DNA from: Bdellovibrionota bacterium FG-2
Lineage (GTDB): Bacteria; Bdellovibrionota; UBA1018
DNA: 46,485 nucleotides
Reading direction: 5' to 3'
NCBI GenBank assembly: GCA_051382305.1
Contig: JBBCAV010000040.1
Location: 1-46,485, forward strand
Numbering within the stretch: position 1 is the first letter of the stretch; every line of letters starts with the position of its first letter. Below are positions 28,448 to 38,193 of this stretch, piece by piece. Under the pieces are notes generated by a model. That model was not told the DNA's origin. It saw only the letters and a program-made list of their open reading frames with translations, and did not search any database. The position numbers and the translations under genes are program-made.

Positions 28448-30127
28448 CTAAAACGACAGGCTCACGCCCGCCGGACGAATGATATCCAGCAAGTTTTGAA
28501 AGGCAGAAGTCACCTGAAGCGCAATCTTGCGTCCTGCCGAACTCTCTACTTTCTTGATCTCGCCGCTATTGGTGTAGCTCACCGTGATCGTGCCCAAAGC
28601 AGGATCCGCGATTTCTACAGGTTTGGAGTTCTCATTATACTTGAAGTTAATCTGCCGCTGCCCCTGATCGACCATGCTTCGAATTCGACCATTGTTATCG
28701 TAGAAAAGCTTCACCCCTTTGCCTTCAGAGTTCTTAGCAAAAACCAGGTTCGCTTTATCGTCATATTGAAAAGTCGACCAGTTACTATCCTTCTTATCAA
28801 GCTTGGAGAAACGCACAACCTTCGAAACCTTTCCGGCTTTAGGATCATAAGTCAGATCCGTCACTTCAGTCGGAGTGCTCTTCTTTGTCACATGTCCTTT
28901 AACGTCATATTCAAATGCCGTCTCTTCGGTGCCATGCTTGATCAAAAGTGGGAGTCCACAACACTCATTATAAGTCGTCTCCGTGCGGTCACCATCAAGC
29001 GTTGTGACCAACTTGTAGGTCCACGCCTCGCCATCGGCTTTGCGCTTCACGAGATACTCATACTTGCTCGTAGAAATCGATTTATTGTCTTTCCCTTTAA
29101 CATCGACACCCACCGTAAGATGCCCTTTATCGGCAGGATCCTTAAGATAAGAATACTCAGTCCACGTCCCATCACGGTCCTTCACGCTCTTGACGTTTTC
29201 GTTCTTATCCCGCTCAAAATAGGTAATCCCCATCGTGGTTTTGTCAGAATAGGCAATCTCCACCATATTATGTCGCTTCTTTGAATCGTATTTAAAACTG
29301 TAACTATTGCCTTCTACATCCTTCGTCCACGAAAGCTCAGAGAGCGAGTTATATTTGTACTCGGCCTTTTTCCCATTTTCGCCTTCAATTTTCTCAACCA
29401 GCCCATTCGTTCCGAAAGTGAAAAACATCTTACGGTTAAAATTGTCCGCAAGTTTTGCAAGTTTGCCATCTTTGCCATAGGAAAGCTCAATGAAGTTATT
29501 GTTCTTATCAGAAACTCTCATCAATTTTCCCGTGTCATCAAACCTTTCAATTTTTCCAGTATCAAAAGAGCGGACATAACCTCCAGCTACTTTGGTGATG
29601 TACTGATAACTAAACTGATTGGAATAGAGCTGGGCATTCACCGCAAGCTGACGCGGCTCAATTTTCTTTTGCGCGCGAAACTTTTCCCACTCATTATTGC
29701 GAAACTCCGCGTCTTGCTTCAGACGTCTTTCATAATCCGCCACTTGCTGAGCGTTGCCTAAAATGCCCGCGGCTTTTGCGACCCCAGTTAGCTTCTCAGC
29801 CGCGAGACCGAGTTCTTCAGCCTTGAAAGCCACAGGGCTGAAACGATTCTCCGCGCCGCCCCCGTACTCATGCACAACCACGCTACCATCCGCCGAGACG
29901 TTAAGGAAAACTTCATACTCATTGCCCCAGCCCCAACCAAACATTCCTTTAAAGGGAGTTTTTGAATTGTAGACCCGCTCGATTTTCGGCTCAAAGCCCC
30001 CGGAGTAACTCAGGTCCGTATAGCCCATAAAAAAGTTTCCATTTTTTAAGCTCACATTTGCCTGAGCGACGGAAACGGAAAGAGCCACAAACAAAGCACT
30101 CACCAAAACAAATCCGAAATTTCTCAT
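28448..30127 (-). CDS. Secreted YD/RHS-repeat protein without a toxin tip (Bd0109-like)
   Basis: Signal peptide ending AQA; NVSLKNGNF...ERVYNS...GMFGWGW N-terminal module; many YD-type repeats; no RHS core PxG motif or C-terminal toxin. Confidence 0.85.
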   Translation of the reverse strand: MRNFGFVLVSALFVALSVSVAQANVSLKNGNFFMGYTDLSYSGGFEPKIERVYNSKTPFKGMFGWGWGNEYEVFLNVSADGSVVVHEYGGGAENRFSPVAFKAEELGLAAEKLTGVAKAAGILGNAQQVADYERRLKQDAEFRNNEWEKFRAQKKIEPRQLAVNAQLYSNQFSYQYITKVAGGYVRSFDTGKIERFDDTGKLMRVSDKNNNFIELSYGKDGKLAKLADNFNRKMFFTFGTNGLVEKIEGENGKKAEYKYNSLSELSWTKDVEGNSYSFKYDSKKRHNMVEIAYSDKTTMGITYFERDKNENVKSVKDRDGTWTEYSYLKDPADKGHLTVGVDVKGKDNKSISTSKYEYLVKRKADGEAWTYKLVTTLDGDRTETTYNECCGLPLLIKHGTEETAFEYDVKGHVTKKSTPTEVTDLTYDPKAGKVSKVVRFSKLDKKDSNWSTFQYDDKANLVFAKNSEGKGVKLFYDNNGRIRSMVDQGQRQINFKYNENSKPVEIADPALGTITVSYTNSGEIKKVESSAGRKIALQVTSAFQNLLDIIRPAGVSLSF

Positions 30128-30149
30128 CTGACTTCCCCCAAAAAAGTTT

Positions 30150-31016
30150 TTACACTTCAATTTTTATGATCTTCATAATGACAAAAAAGCCAACTGCCTC
30201 TAACGCCAGAATCACCATTATTATGACCCATCCCATCCACGTTGTGAACAGCGGTTTCATAAATTCTGGATCTGTTTGATAGAACACCACACCTAGAAGG
30301 GGCGGAATCGCCATCACGAAAACCCCCTGATAAAGTCCCTGCGACGTCAACGCCTTGATTTTATTCTCGACTTTGAGTCGCTCTCGAATCGTGGAAACAA
30401 TCGTATCAAAAGTTTCCGCCAAATTTCCGCCGGTTTCCTTCAAAATATTTACGCTCGTAACGAACATTTCCACGTCATCAGACTTGATGCGAACAGAAAG
30501 TCCCGTAAAAGCTTCCTCAAGCGAAACCCCCAACTTGTTCTGACTTAAAACCAAACCAAACTCTTGTTGAATGGGATTGGGCATCTCTTGAGTCACCAGC
30601 CCCATCGCCTGCGCAACAGACAAACCAGATTTAAGTCCATTAGACATCAAACTAAGCGCATCGACCATTTGCATGACAAACTTATCAACCCTTCGCCGAT
30701 ACATCCAGTCCACAAAGGGTTTGGGTGACTTCCAGCCAATCACAGCCGTAAGCAGACCCAAAGGAACCCCAGGAAAAAGATCCGGCAAGAACGAAAGAAA
30801 CACGAGAGTCCCCAAACCAAAACTTAGAGAAAAAAGTCCAATGAGAATTCGGTGCGCGGGAATTTCGATGAACATCAAGCCCAGTCGCTCGACGATATAG
30901 TCACGAGTACCTAACGACTGAAACCTCAGCCAATCCAAGAGCCGTTTATTGTAGTGATAGGAAACCCCAAAGACGCCGACGAAAAGTCCTATGAGGCCTA
31001 CATACTTCAAGAACAT
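30150..31016 (-). CDS. tadB: Tad pilus inner-membrane platform protein TadB
   Basis: DALSLMSNGLKSGLS, PI..EF, ETGGNLAE, IRER, K.KALTSQG. Confidence 0.92.
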   Translation of the reverse strand: MFLKYVGLIGLFVGVFGVSYHYNKRLLDWLRFQSLGTRDYIVERLGLMFIEIPAHRILIGLFSLSFGLGTLVFLSFLPDLFPGVPLGLLTAVIGWKSPKPFVDWMYRRRVDKFVMQMVDALSLMSNGLKSGLSVAQAMGLVTQEMPNPIQQEFGLVLSQNKLGVSLEEAFTGLSVRIKSDDVEMFVTSVNILKETGGNLAETFDTIVSTIRERLKVENKIKALTSQGLYQGVFVMAIPPLLGVVFYQTDPEFMKPLFTTWMGWVIIMVILALEAVGFFVIMKIIKIEV

Positions 31017-31031
31017 TGGCTCCCCCCCTTT

Positions 31032-33191
31032 TTACCCTTTCGAGGCAAAAAGGCTGCGAGAAATTTTCATCCCCTTCTGCTCCATCTCCTCGACAAACTT
31101 TGGAATAAATCCGGTCGGCACAAATCGCCCGATGATCTTTCGCTTCTTATCCATGCCCTCTTGCTTGTACAAGAAGATGTCTTGCAAGCTGACCACCTCC
31201 CCTTGCATCCCGACGACTTCGGTAATGTAGGTCACCCTTCTGGACCCGTCGGCCAATCGGGATTGCTGAATGATGAGCCCGACGGCAGAAGCGATATTCT
31301 CCCGGATCGCCTTAGCGGGCAAATTAAGACCTGCCATCATCACGAGCGTCTCAAGACGTGACAAAGCCTCTCGGGGATTATTGGCATGCAACGTCGTGAG
31401 CGAGCCGGAGTGGCCGGTATTCATGGCCTGGAGCATGTCCAAAGCTTCACCACCGCGACACTCCCCAACCACAATTCGATCAGGACGCATTCGGAGGCAA
31501 CATTTAATCAAATCTCGAATTGAAACTTCGCCTTCACCCTCAATATTTTTGGGGCGCGTCTCCAGACGTACAACATGTTCCTGCCCCAATTGAAGTTCCG
31601 CCGAGTCTTCAACTGTAATGATGCGCTCGGTTGCCGGAATAAAATTCGAGAGCACATTCAAAAGCGTCGTTTTCCCTGAGCCCGTGCCGCCGGAGACGAC
31701 AATATTGAGTTTTGCTTCCACACAACTTCTCAAAAAATCGCCGATCTCTTCCGTAATGGAACCAAACGCCACGAGATCTTTGACCTCGATGCGCTTCTTG
31801 GGAAACTTACGAATCGTAATAGTCGGTCCTCGCAGGGCCAAAGGGGGGATAATGATATGAACCCGAGAGCCATCCAGCAAACGCGCGTCCACATAAGGAA
31901 CCTTTTCATCGACTCGTCTGCCCAAGGGGGTGACGATCCGCTCAACGACGTTCATCATCTGCTGCTCACTGGAAAAGGTGACTTTGGAGAGCATGGGTTT
32001 CCCCGCACGCTCGACATAGATTTGATCACGAGCGTTGACCATGATTTCGGTGACTTGCTCGTCCGCCAAAAAGTCCTCAAGCGGTCCGAGGCCCAAGGCC
32101 TCATCCAAGACCTCTTTGAGCATCTGTGCCTTAAGCTCTCGGGTCCCTAAGAGAGAGGAAGTATCTTCATTCTGAAGCACATCAAGAATCGTCTTCTGCG
32201 TTCGCTCTCTCAAGATAGCACGCTGCTTAGGGTCGTTAATGTCCATGTTGGTTTTCTTCAAATCCATCTGATCGACCAACGCCTTATGAATTCGAAGTTT
32301 CATTGCCGTCCAAGCGTCAAGCGGTGCGGACGAAGAGCGCGCACTCGGACCTCCTTGAGACGAAGAGGTCTCCACGCTTGGCCCCCCGCTGGCGGCTTGT
32401 GCCCGCGCGAGGACGCCTGTCGGCTTCTTAAGCTTGGCCAGCGTTTCCAGCATGTTCATCTGAAAAATTTTTCGAACTATATCATGGTAAGCGCGGGCAA
32501 TCGGCGTACTCGCCGCCGCGATACAAAGAGGAGTACTCTTGGCTAACGAGCCATCGCATGAGGCGGCATCCTCGGGAATCCCCGCAAAAACAGGGCGATT
32601 CAAGTTCTTCTGAATGATTGCGGGCGTAACGATGCTACTTTGAGAATAGCGATTCACGACAATTTGCACCATTTCAGCTGGAAACAAAAGCTCTTGAATC
32701 TTGGCAAGCATACGCTTGGTCTGGTTAATGACAATCACATCTCCGGTCGTTACAGCAAATATGGCAGTCGAATATTCCAGAACTTTAAGCGCCCAAGGGT
32801 CCGTGCCATTGCCACAATCGATGACAACGAAATTAAAAACGTTGGTCACTGCCTTCAAAAACTTGCCCAACCCCTCCAGATCCAAATCACGCGCAATAAT
32901 CGCATCCCGAGGCGCCGCAATGTAGCTATACCCAGCGGGAGCGTTGACCATGTACGGCCCAAGCGACCGGGGATCAATGGGCCCGGGAGGCATACGCGAC
33001 ACATCAACGATATTCTTGGGCGGGTTTTGCCCCAAAATGATATTTTGATCTCCGAGACTATTTAAATCTAGATCAACAATGAGCGGACGTTGTTTAAACT
33101 CTTGCAAATAGGCAATCGCAAGATTTGCAGCAAAGACACTTTTGCCCACTCCGCCTTTGCCGCCTACGACTGCAATAATATGACCTGCCAT
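31032..33191 (-). CDS. tadA: TadZ/CpaE (MinD-like) domain fused to TadA/CpaF ATPase
   Basis: N-terminal GGKGGVGKS deviant Walker A; C-terminal GLGPLE, SGGTGSGKTT, LRMRPDRIVVGECRG, MNTGH.GS.TT.HAN. Confidence 0.93.
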   Translation of the reverse strand: MAGHIIAVVGGKGGVGKSVFAANLAIAYLQEFKQRPLIVDLDLNSLGDQNIILGQNPPKNIVDVSRMPPGPIDPRSLGPYMVNAPAGYSYIAAPRDAIIARDLDLEGLGKFLKAVTNVFNFVVIDCGNGTDPWALKVLEYSTAIFAVTTGDVIVINQTKRMLAKIQELLFPAEMVQIVVNRYSQSSIVTPAIIQKNLNRPVFAGIPEDAASCDGSLAKSTPLCIAAASTPIARAYHDIVRKIFQMNMLETLAKLKKPTGVLARAQAASGGPSVETSSSQGGPSARSSSAPLDAWTAMKLRIHKALVDQMDLKKTNMDINDPKQRAILRERTQKTILDVLQNEDTSSLLGTRELKAQMLKEVLDEALGLGPLEDFLADEQVTEIMVNARDQIYVERAGKPMLSKVTFSSEQQMMNVVERIVTPLGRRVDEKVPYVDARLLDGSRVHIIIPPLALRGPTITIRKFPKKRIEVKDLVAFGSITEEIGDFLRSCVEAKLNIVVSGGTGSGKTTLLNVLSNFIPATERIITVEDSAELQLGQEHVVRLETRPKNIEGEGEVSIRDLIKCCLRMRPDRIVVGECRGGEALDMLQAMNTGHSGSLTTLHANNPREALSRLETLVMMAGLNLPAKAIRENIASAVGLIIQQSRLADGSRRVTYITEVVGMQGEVVSLQDIFLYKQEGMDKKRKIIGRFVPTGFIPKFVEEMEQKGMKISRSLFASKG

Positions 33192-33203
33192 CAAACCCCC
33201 ACT

Positions 33204-34835
33204 CTAATTAACTTTCACCCTAAAGTTCTTCTTAAGATCGTCCGTGCCTTCAGAGGCGTTTTCGATAATCTGTGGTGTCACAAAAATCACAAATTGGGAT
33301 TTTTGTTTCCGATACGCTTTCGAATGCATCAGCGTAAACAAAGGATCCGCGCCTTCAAAAGCTCCACTTTTAGGATCATCTTTGTTGAAATCCGTTCCCA
33401 CCGAATTGGACATCACCCCGGCCACTGCTGCACTCTCCGTGGATTTTACGTAGATCTTCGTCACGACCTTATGGTTGGCCGTCGTAGGTGCTCCACCTGA
33501 GGGAACACGGCCCACGACGTTGCTTTGATCCAAATCCAAATCCATCTGAATATCTTCGCTTTGACCCACAATCTGCGGAGTCACGGCGACCGACAATCCA
33601 ACTTGCTTGGAGGTTCCCACCGTCCCCCCCTTTCCATCTTGAGTCATAAACGGAAATTCCGTTTGCTCCACAAGTTTAGCAGGCTGACCACTACGAACGA
33701 TCACTGTTCCGGTTTTTAAAACACGCGCGTATCCGGCCGCTTGCGCGCTTTGCAGCTTAGGAAGAAGACTCGAGATCGTAGCACTAAAGGAACTCCCCGT
33801 GGCCCCCGCTCCCCCCGATTCATTTTTACCTACAGAAATACTGGGGGACGAGGTAAAGCCCGGCTCCCACTTAAAACCGAAAACTTTATTATAGTCCTTC
33901 GACAACTCAACAAAATGAATGGTCACGCGCACAAGCTTTTCTTGTTTGCGGGCCGGAGCCGGATTGATCACGATGAAATTCTGCACGAGACTGCGCGGCG
34001 GCAGACGCTGAACGGATGGATCTTTTTCCAGCAGCGCGCCGGGACGCAAATCGGGAAGATAGAGTTCCGAAATCCTCTTCGCGCGCACCGCCTGATCCTG
34101 AGAGTCCACCGTACCTTCCAGAAAAATTAAACCATTCACAAGACGAGTTCGAACGTTGGGCGCAAAAGCATTGATATCTTCTTGGATTTTTCGCGCCAGC
34201 AACTGCATTGCAAAGCTCGATAATGTGGTCATGTTCATCACCACATCCGCATAGCCCTTATCTTGAATCACCGTGAGCAGACGACCGTAATCCACTGGAA
34301 CTAGAAGCTCCCCCTCCAGGATAACTTTCGTCCCCACGACCCGAATATTGAGTCCTTCAACGTCTCGCAAAAGGTCGCGGATTTCTGCAGCGGTTCGCAG
34401 CAAATTTGAACCCGTGACATGAATAAGAAATACCAGTCGAAGCGTCCCATCCGCATCTCGAACCGTGACCGTTGTATCGCCCGCTTTCAGAGGTTTGAAA
34501 ACGATCTGTCTCTTCTCACCAATGTTAACAAGGTTGTAATTAACCACTTGGGGATTACCAATGGCGATTCCGTCTTTTCGCCCCGTCACCTCAAAGTCTA
34601 AGTCCACGGCCCTATCCTCACCTGTCGTCAAAAGAAGCGTGCGGCGATCCGAAACGGCCTCAGATTCATCCGATGTGAGTTTTGATTTCTTATACTTATT
34701 CTTTGTTTTTGCCGCCGCTGGACCAGCAGCGTCTCCCTCAGCCGCACGAGCCTGAGGAGCCGTAGAGGCCCAAAAACCACCCCCGGCTAAGATCAAGGCT
34801 GCGATAATGATGACGGCGCCTAAATATTGTTTCAT
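33204..34835 (-). CDS. cpaC: Tad secretin CpaC/RcpA with BON-like domains
   Basis: Signal peptide; IAIGNP.V pilus-formation N-domain; C-terminal secretin pattern (LF...S..Y......VIFVTPQII). Confidence 0.88.
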   Translation of the reverse strand: MKQYLGAVIIIAALILAGGGFWASTAPQARAAEGDAAGPAAAKTKNKYKKSKLTSDESEAVSDRRTLLLTTGEDRAVDLDFEVTGRKDGIAIGNPQVVNYNLVNIGEKRQIVFKPLKAGDTTVTVRDADGTLRLVFLIHVTGSNLLRTAAEIRDLLRDVEGLNIRVVGTKVILEGELLVPVDYGRLLTVIQDKGYADVVMNMTTLSSFAMQLLARKIQEDINAFAPNVRTRLVNGLIFLEGTVDSQDQAVRAKRISELYLPDLRPGALLEKDPSVQRLPPRSLVQNFIVINPAPARKQEKLVRVTIHFVELSKDYNKVFGFKWEPGFTSSPSISVGKNESGGAGATGSSFSATISSLLPKLQSAQAAGYARVLKTGTVIVRSGQPAKLVEQTEFPFMTQDGKGGTVGTSKQVGLSVAVTPQIVGQSEDIQMDLDLDQSNVVGRVPSGGAPTTANHKVVTKIYVKSTESAAVAGVMSNSVGTDFNKDDPKSGAFEGADPLFTLMHSKAYRKQKSQFVIFVTPQIIENASEGTDDLKKNFRVKVN

Positions 34836-34842
34836 CCTATTC

Positions 34843-35673
34843 TCATCTTTTCCCGGCCAACCCCCGACTCATGTCTCCCCCCATGATATCATTAAAGCCT
34901 GTGGGACTTAAATTTGTGCGCTCAGAATCATCATTGTTTCGAAGCGAAAGACTCAGGGCGCTGTCTCCACTAGCCATGACAAGGGCCAAAGCCTGCGCTT
35001 GCATCGGCTCCACCTCAAGGGTCACCGAAGCAAAATTAGAATCTTCCGTAAGGGAGCGAATCTTTTCTTTTCCGCTTTGAGTATCCACCTCGACAAGTCG
35101 GGGGACATTGTTCGTCACGTTACGACCCACCGAGAGAACCACGACATCTTGCAGAATCGTTTTTGCAACTTTAGACTGTTTTCCGCCTCCGGTATCAATG
35201 ACCGCCAAGAGATCCACTCGATCTCCCGGTTTAATTAACTTCGAAACACCGCTCGTTTCATTTACGGGGACCGAAACCGCTCGTCTACCTGGGGTAATTT
35301 GAGGCGCCAGGCCCGTGCGAATGCTCGGCTCTGTGAACTTATTAAAGGTAATTTGCTCGCCTTTTTTGATTGGAACGACAGCCACCGCACCCGATAAACT
35401 TTTTATGCTTTTGGTTACTTCTTTATCGTCTTTATCTTTTTTCTCATAAAATACGGAAGCCGGTTCGAGAAACGTTTTCGGAATCGACTTAAGTTCAAAG
35501 GCCGTCTCATTGAGGGTCTCCATCTCCTTCACGTCTCGCTTGGCGGTCAACACCAGGACTTCAGTTCCAAATTTCTTTTTTGTTTCTTCTTCCATGCTCC
35601 CAACGTAGGAACTCACGAAGAACACGGCGAGGACTGCCATCACCAGCGAAAGGGTTAATACTTTGCTATTCAT
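34843..35673 (-). CDS. cpaB: Flp pilus assembly protein CpaB/RcpC
   Basis: SAF-like region; G.RAVSV.V....GVS.LIKPGDRVD; LSLSLRN.DD. Confidence 0.92.
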   Translation of the reverse strand: MNSKVLTLSLVMAVLAVFFVSSYVGSMEEETKKKFGTEVLVLTAKRDVKEMETLNETAFELKSIPKTFLEPASVFYEKKDKDDKEVTKSIKSLSGAVAVVPIKKGEQITFNKFTEPSIRTGLAPQITPGRRAVSVPVNETSGVSKLIKPGDRVDLLAVIDTGGGKQSKVAKTILQDVVVLSVGRNVTNNVPRLVEVDTQSGKEKIRSLTEDSNFASVTLEVEPMQAQALALVMASGDSALSLSLRNNDDSERTNLSPTGFNDIMGGDMSRGLAGKR

Positions 35674-36269
35674 AACGTTGTTTCTCCCGCCACATACGGC
35701 AACGGACTTCGGCAAAAATCAAACTTCACGCCCTCAAAAAGCCGGTACTTGCCCTGCTCACCTTCGAGGGGCTTAAAGACGGTCTCGGATACTGCCTGCA
35801 AGGGCAAAATGGGCTGCCATTTGCCATCGACTTGCACGACATTGGTTTGGGTACAAAGCGTGACCGTGTTCCTCACCCGCACCAGGGCGCGACTTGTGGG
35901 TTCCTCACCCGGCTGGCCGCCATCGCCAGAAACCTTCTTAGAGCTAATGTTATAATTCGAAGCCTTAGGATGATAGTCTTCACTACTCCCATCATCCTCC
36001 TTTGAGGGCGCGGCATTGTCGGCGACGCCCAAAATCATTTGATTATAGAATTTGTTCTCGAGATCCGTGACTCGGAGACCTAGTCTCGGATAAATCGGAC
36101 TGTTCCCTGCAAGCGTCAAAGCCTGCGCGCGAGCATATTGCTGATTCACGATTGAAAACTGAATGACCGTGTTGATCTTAATCAACATCATCGTGATCCC
36201 CACCAGCAGGGGAAGCATAAAGACAAACTCCAAAATACTTTGGCCTTGCTCGTTTCGACTAACACCCAT
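35670..36269 (-). CDS. TadE-like pseudopilin
   Basis: GQSILEFVFMLPLL class III signal. Confidence 0.85.
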   Translation of the reverse strand: MGVSRNEQGQSILEFVFMLPLLVGITMMLIKINTVIQFSIVNQQYARAQALTLAGNSPIYPRLGLRVTDLENKFYNQMILGVADNAAPSKEDDGSSEDYHPKASNYNISSKKVSGDGGQPGEEPTSRALVRVRNTVTLCTQTNVVQVDGKWQPILPLQAVSETVFKPLEGEQGKYRLFEGVKFDFCRSPLPYVAGETTL

Positions 36270-36801
36270 TATCAAAAAGCCCCTTCATTTTTTCCATTTC
36301 ATTCTGACAGTCCTGATAACTTGGTTCCCGCCCCAACCAACTCTCAGAAGTGAGGATCAGTTGATTAAGCGAACTCTGGCCCTTGCCCGTCTTTCCTGCC
36401 AATGGCATGAGGAACAGACGGCTCCTAAATTTATATCGGACTCCCTGCATCCAACTTGAATCTAAATTTGCGGGATCGGCAGCTTGCACTGTCAACCCCT
36501 TGACATCCCCCTCTCCCATCCCTTGCGCAATTGAGGGGAACCGGTCGGCGCCCGCTTGGGATTCTGATTTCTTGAGCATTCGAATCGCAACCGAGTTCGC
36601 GCGCTCCCGTTGATCATCGGGGGTACTCCCCGCCGCCAGATATGCCCGCGCGGACATAAACGTCGCATAGTGAAAATAGTTGCCCACACCAAACACAAGC
36701 GTGAGTTGCAAAAAGAAGAGAATAAAGGCTATGAGTAAAACCATCGTAAGCGCAAATTCGATCGTAGATTGGCCAGACTCGTCTTTATGCTTACGAGGCA
36801 T
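36259..36801 (-). CDS. TadE-like pseudopilin
   Basis: GQSTIEFAL...YATFMSARA. Confidence 0.85.
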   Translation of the reverse strand: MPRKHKDESGQSTIEFALTMVLLIAFILFFLQLTLVFGVGNYFHYATFMSARAYLAAGSTPDDQRERANSVAIRMLKKSESQAGADRFPSIAQGMGEGDVKGLTVQAADPANLDSSWMQGVRYKFRSRLFLMPLAGKTGKGQSSLNQLILTSESWLGREPSYQDCQNEMEKMKGLFDNGC

Positions 36802-36803
36802 TA

Positions 36804-37088
36804 TCAAATCTCCTTGGGGTTGAGGAAAATTCTAAAATTCTCTTTGTCTTTTCCGCCTTCACGGGCACGCGGGTGATGTTCATAACCTCCCTCTTCTTCA
36901 CCCTTGGCTTTGGGATGGCCATACCGATAGGCCGCTTTGAATTCTTTTTGAATGGGGCGCGCGAGTTTTTCGGCTAATCCCATTTGGCTGATTCCTTGCG
37001 CGAGCAGAATAAAAAACGTAACGATCACGCTCAAAAGCAAAATATACTCTACCGTGGCCTGACCCGCTTCGTCCTTGGCTAAAACCAT
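36804..37088 (-). CDS. Flp/TadE-like minor pilin
   Basis: GQATVEYILLL. Confidence 0.8.
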   Translation of the reverse strand: MVLAKDEAGQATVEYILLLSVIVTFFILLAQGISQMGLAEKLARPIQKEFKAAYRYGHPKAKGEEEGGYEHHPRAREGGKDKENFRIFLNPKEI

Positions 37089-37627
37089 AAACGAATTCCC
37101 CACCGTTCAAACGGATGAAGCCAAGCCACCCAAACGGCGGCGATCGCAATCGGCACCCCAAAAGGCATCGTGATTTTCTGATCGACTTTGGGCAATTCAA
37201 ATTCCAGCTCCTTCACCAATACGGTCAGGAGAAACCGATAAAGTCTGAGTGCAAAATCTTTCAAACGCCGCTTAAACATAAGTTGCCCAACTCCTAGGAT
37301 ACCACCAACCAGGATTCCAAGCAGCGCTACTTCAACAATATAGTGTTTTCCACCCCACGCACCCAGGGCCATCAAAAATTTGACATCACCGCCGCCCATC
37401 ACTCCGAGCGCGAACAAAAGTCCGTAGAGCAGAAGCGCGATCCCCGAGCCTGCGAGCGCATCCCCAAAACCTCCCCAACCACCAATCACAGCTGAGATGA
37501 TGAGTCCGGAAAACCACAAAGGAACCGTGTAAGCATTGAAAATCCGGCCCCAGCGCAAATCCATGAACGTCGCGATTGCACCAAACACACAGATGAGCGG
37601 AACAAAATATTCAGTTTGTCCAGACAT
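37079..37627 (-). CDS. cpaA: Prepilin peptidase (A24), CpaA/TadV
   Basis: D.....I.N, MGGGDVK...A.GAW, MPFGVPI. Confidence 0.92.
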   Translation of the reverse strand: MSGQTEYFVPLICVFGAIATFMDLRWGRIFNAYTVPLWFSGLIISAVIGGWGGFGDALAGSGIALLLYGLLFALGVMGGGDVKFLMALGAWGGKHYIVEVALLGILVGGILGVGQLMFKRRLKDFALRLYRFLLTVLVKELEFELPKVDQKITMPFGVPIAIAAVWVAWLHPFERWGIRLWF

Positions 37628-37826
37628 GCAGTGGAGCCTTTCCCGTCTTCAAATCCTTTTCAAGCTGACCGCCCAGCCTGAGAACCCCTTGCTCCAATGT
37701 TTGCAAAATTTGGCGTGCCATTGCGGACGCCCCAACGACAATAGCGGCAAGCATGACGATGTATTCTGTCGTGGCTTGGCCGGATTCGTCTCTATATAGT
37801 CCTAGTAGAAAACCCCGTACCCCCAA
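37611..37826 (-). CDS. flp: Flp-family pilin
   Basis: DESGQATTEYIVML. Confidence 0.85.
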   Translation of the reverse strand: MGVRGFLLGLYRDESGQATTEYIVMLAAIVVGASAMARQILQTLEQGVLRLGGQLEKDLKTGKAPLHVWTN

Positions 37827-37859
37827 ACGCCCTCCAAAGTGCCTCGATCGATAAGGAGA

Positions 37860-38066
37860 TTATGGACTAGAATCCTGGACCCCTTTATCAATTTGGTCTC
37901 CAAGCGTACCGACAATACCCATGAGTTTCTTCTCAAATACGGTCTTAAACTTCAGCGCCACCATCACGACGACCGACAAAATAAGAATATATTCCGTAGT
38001 GGATTGTCCCCGCTCATCCTTCCAAACATCCATCCAAAATTTTTGTACTAACCGAATAGCCTTCAT
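37860..38066 (-). CDS. flp: Flp-family pilin (probable major pilin)
   Basis: DERGQSTTEYILIL; SD-like AGGGAG. Confidence 0.88.
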   Translation of the reverse strand: MKAIRLVQKFWMDVWKDERGQSTTEYILILSVVVMVALKFKTVFEKKLMGIVGTLGDQIDKGVQDSSP

Positions 38067-38193
38067 ACCGACTCCCTTCTCCTGTGCCTATTGATCGGCA
38101 CAAGAAACCCAAAGCTTGACCCCAAAAACGAGACACCACACTCCCTGCTATGATTATATCAATACACAACCAGTTGAGTCAACTATTTGCGGC

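Noticed and set aside
28385-29284. 299-aa plus-strand ORF
   Set aside because: Antisense shadow of the YD-repeat gene; no motifs.
28448-30127. YD protein as an RHS toxin
   Set aside because: No RHS core cleavage motif, no variable C-terminal tip and no immunity-like gene; fits a structural Tad-associated role.
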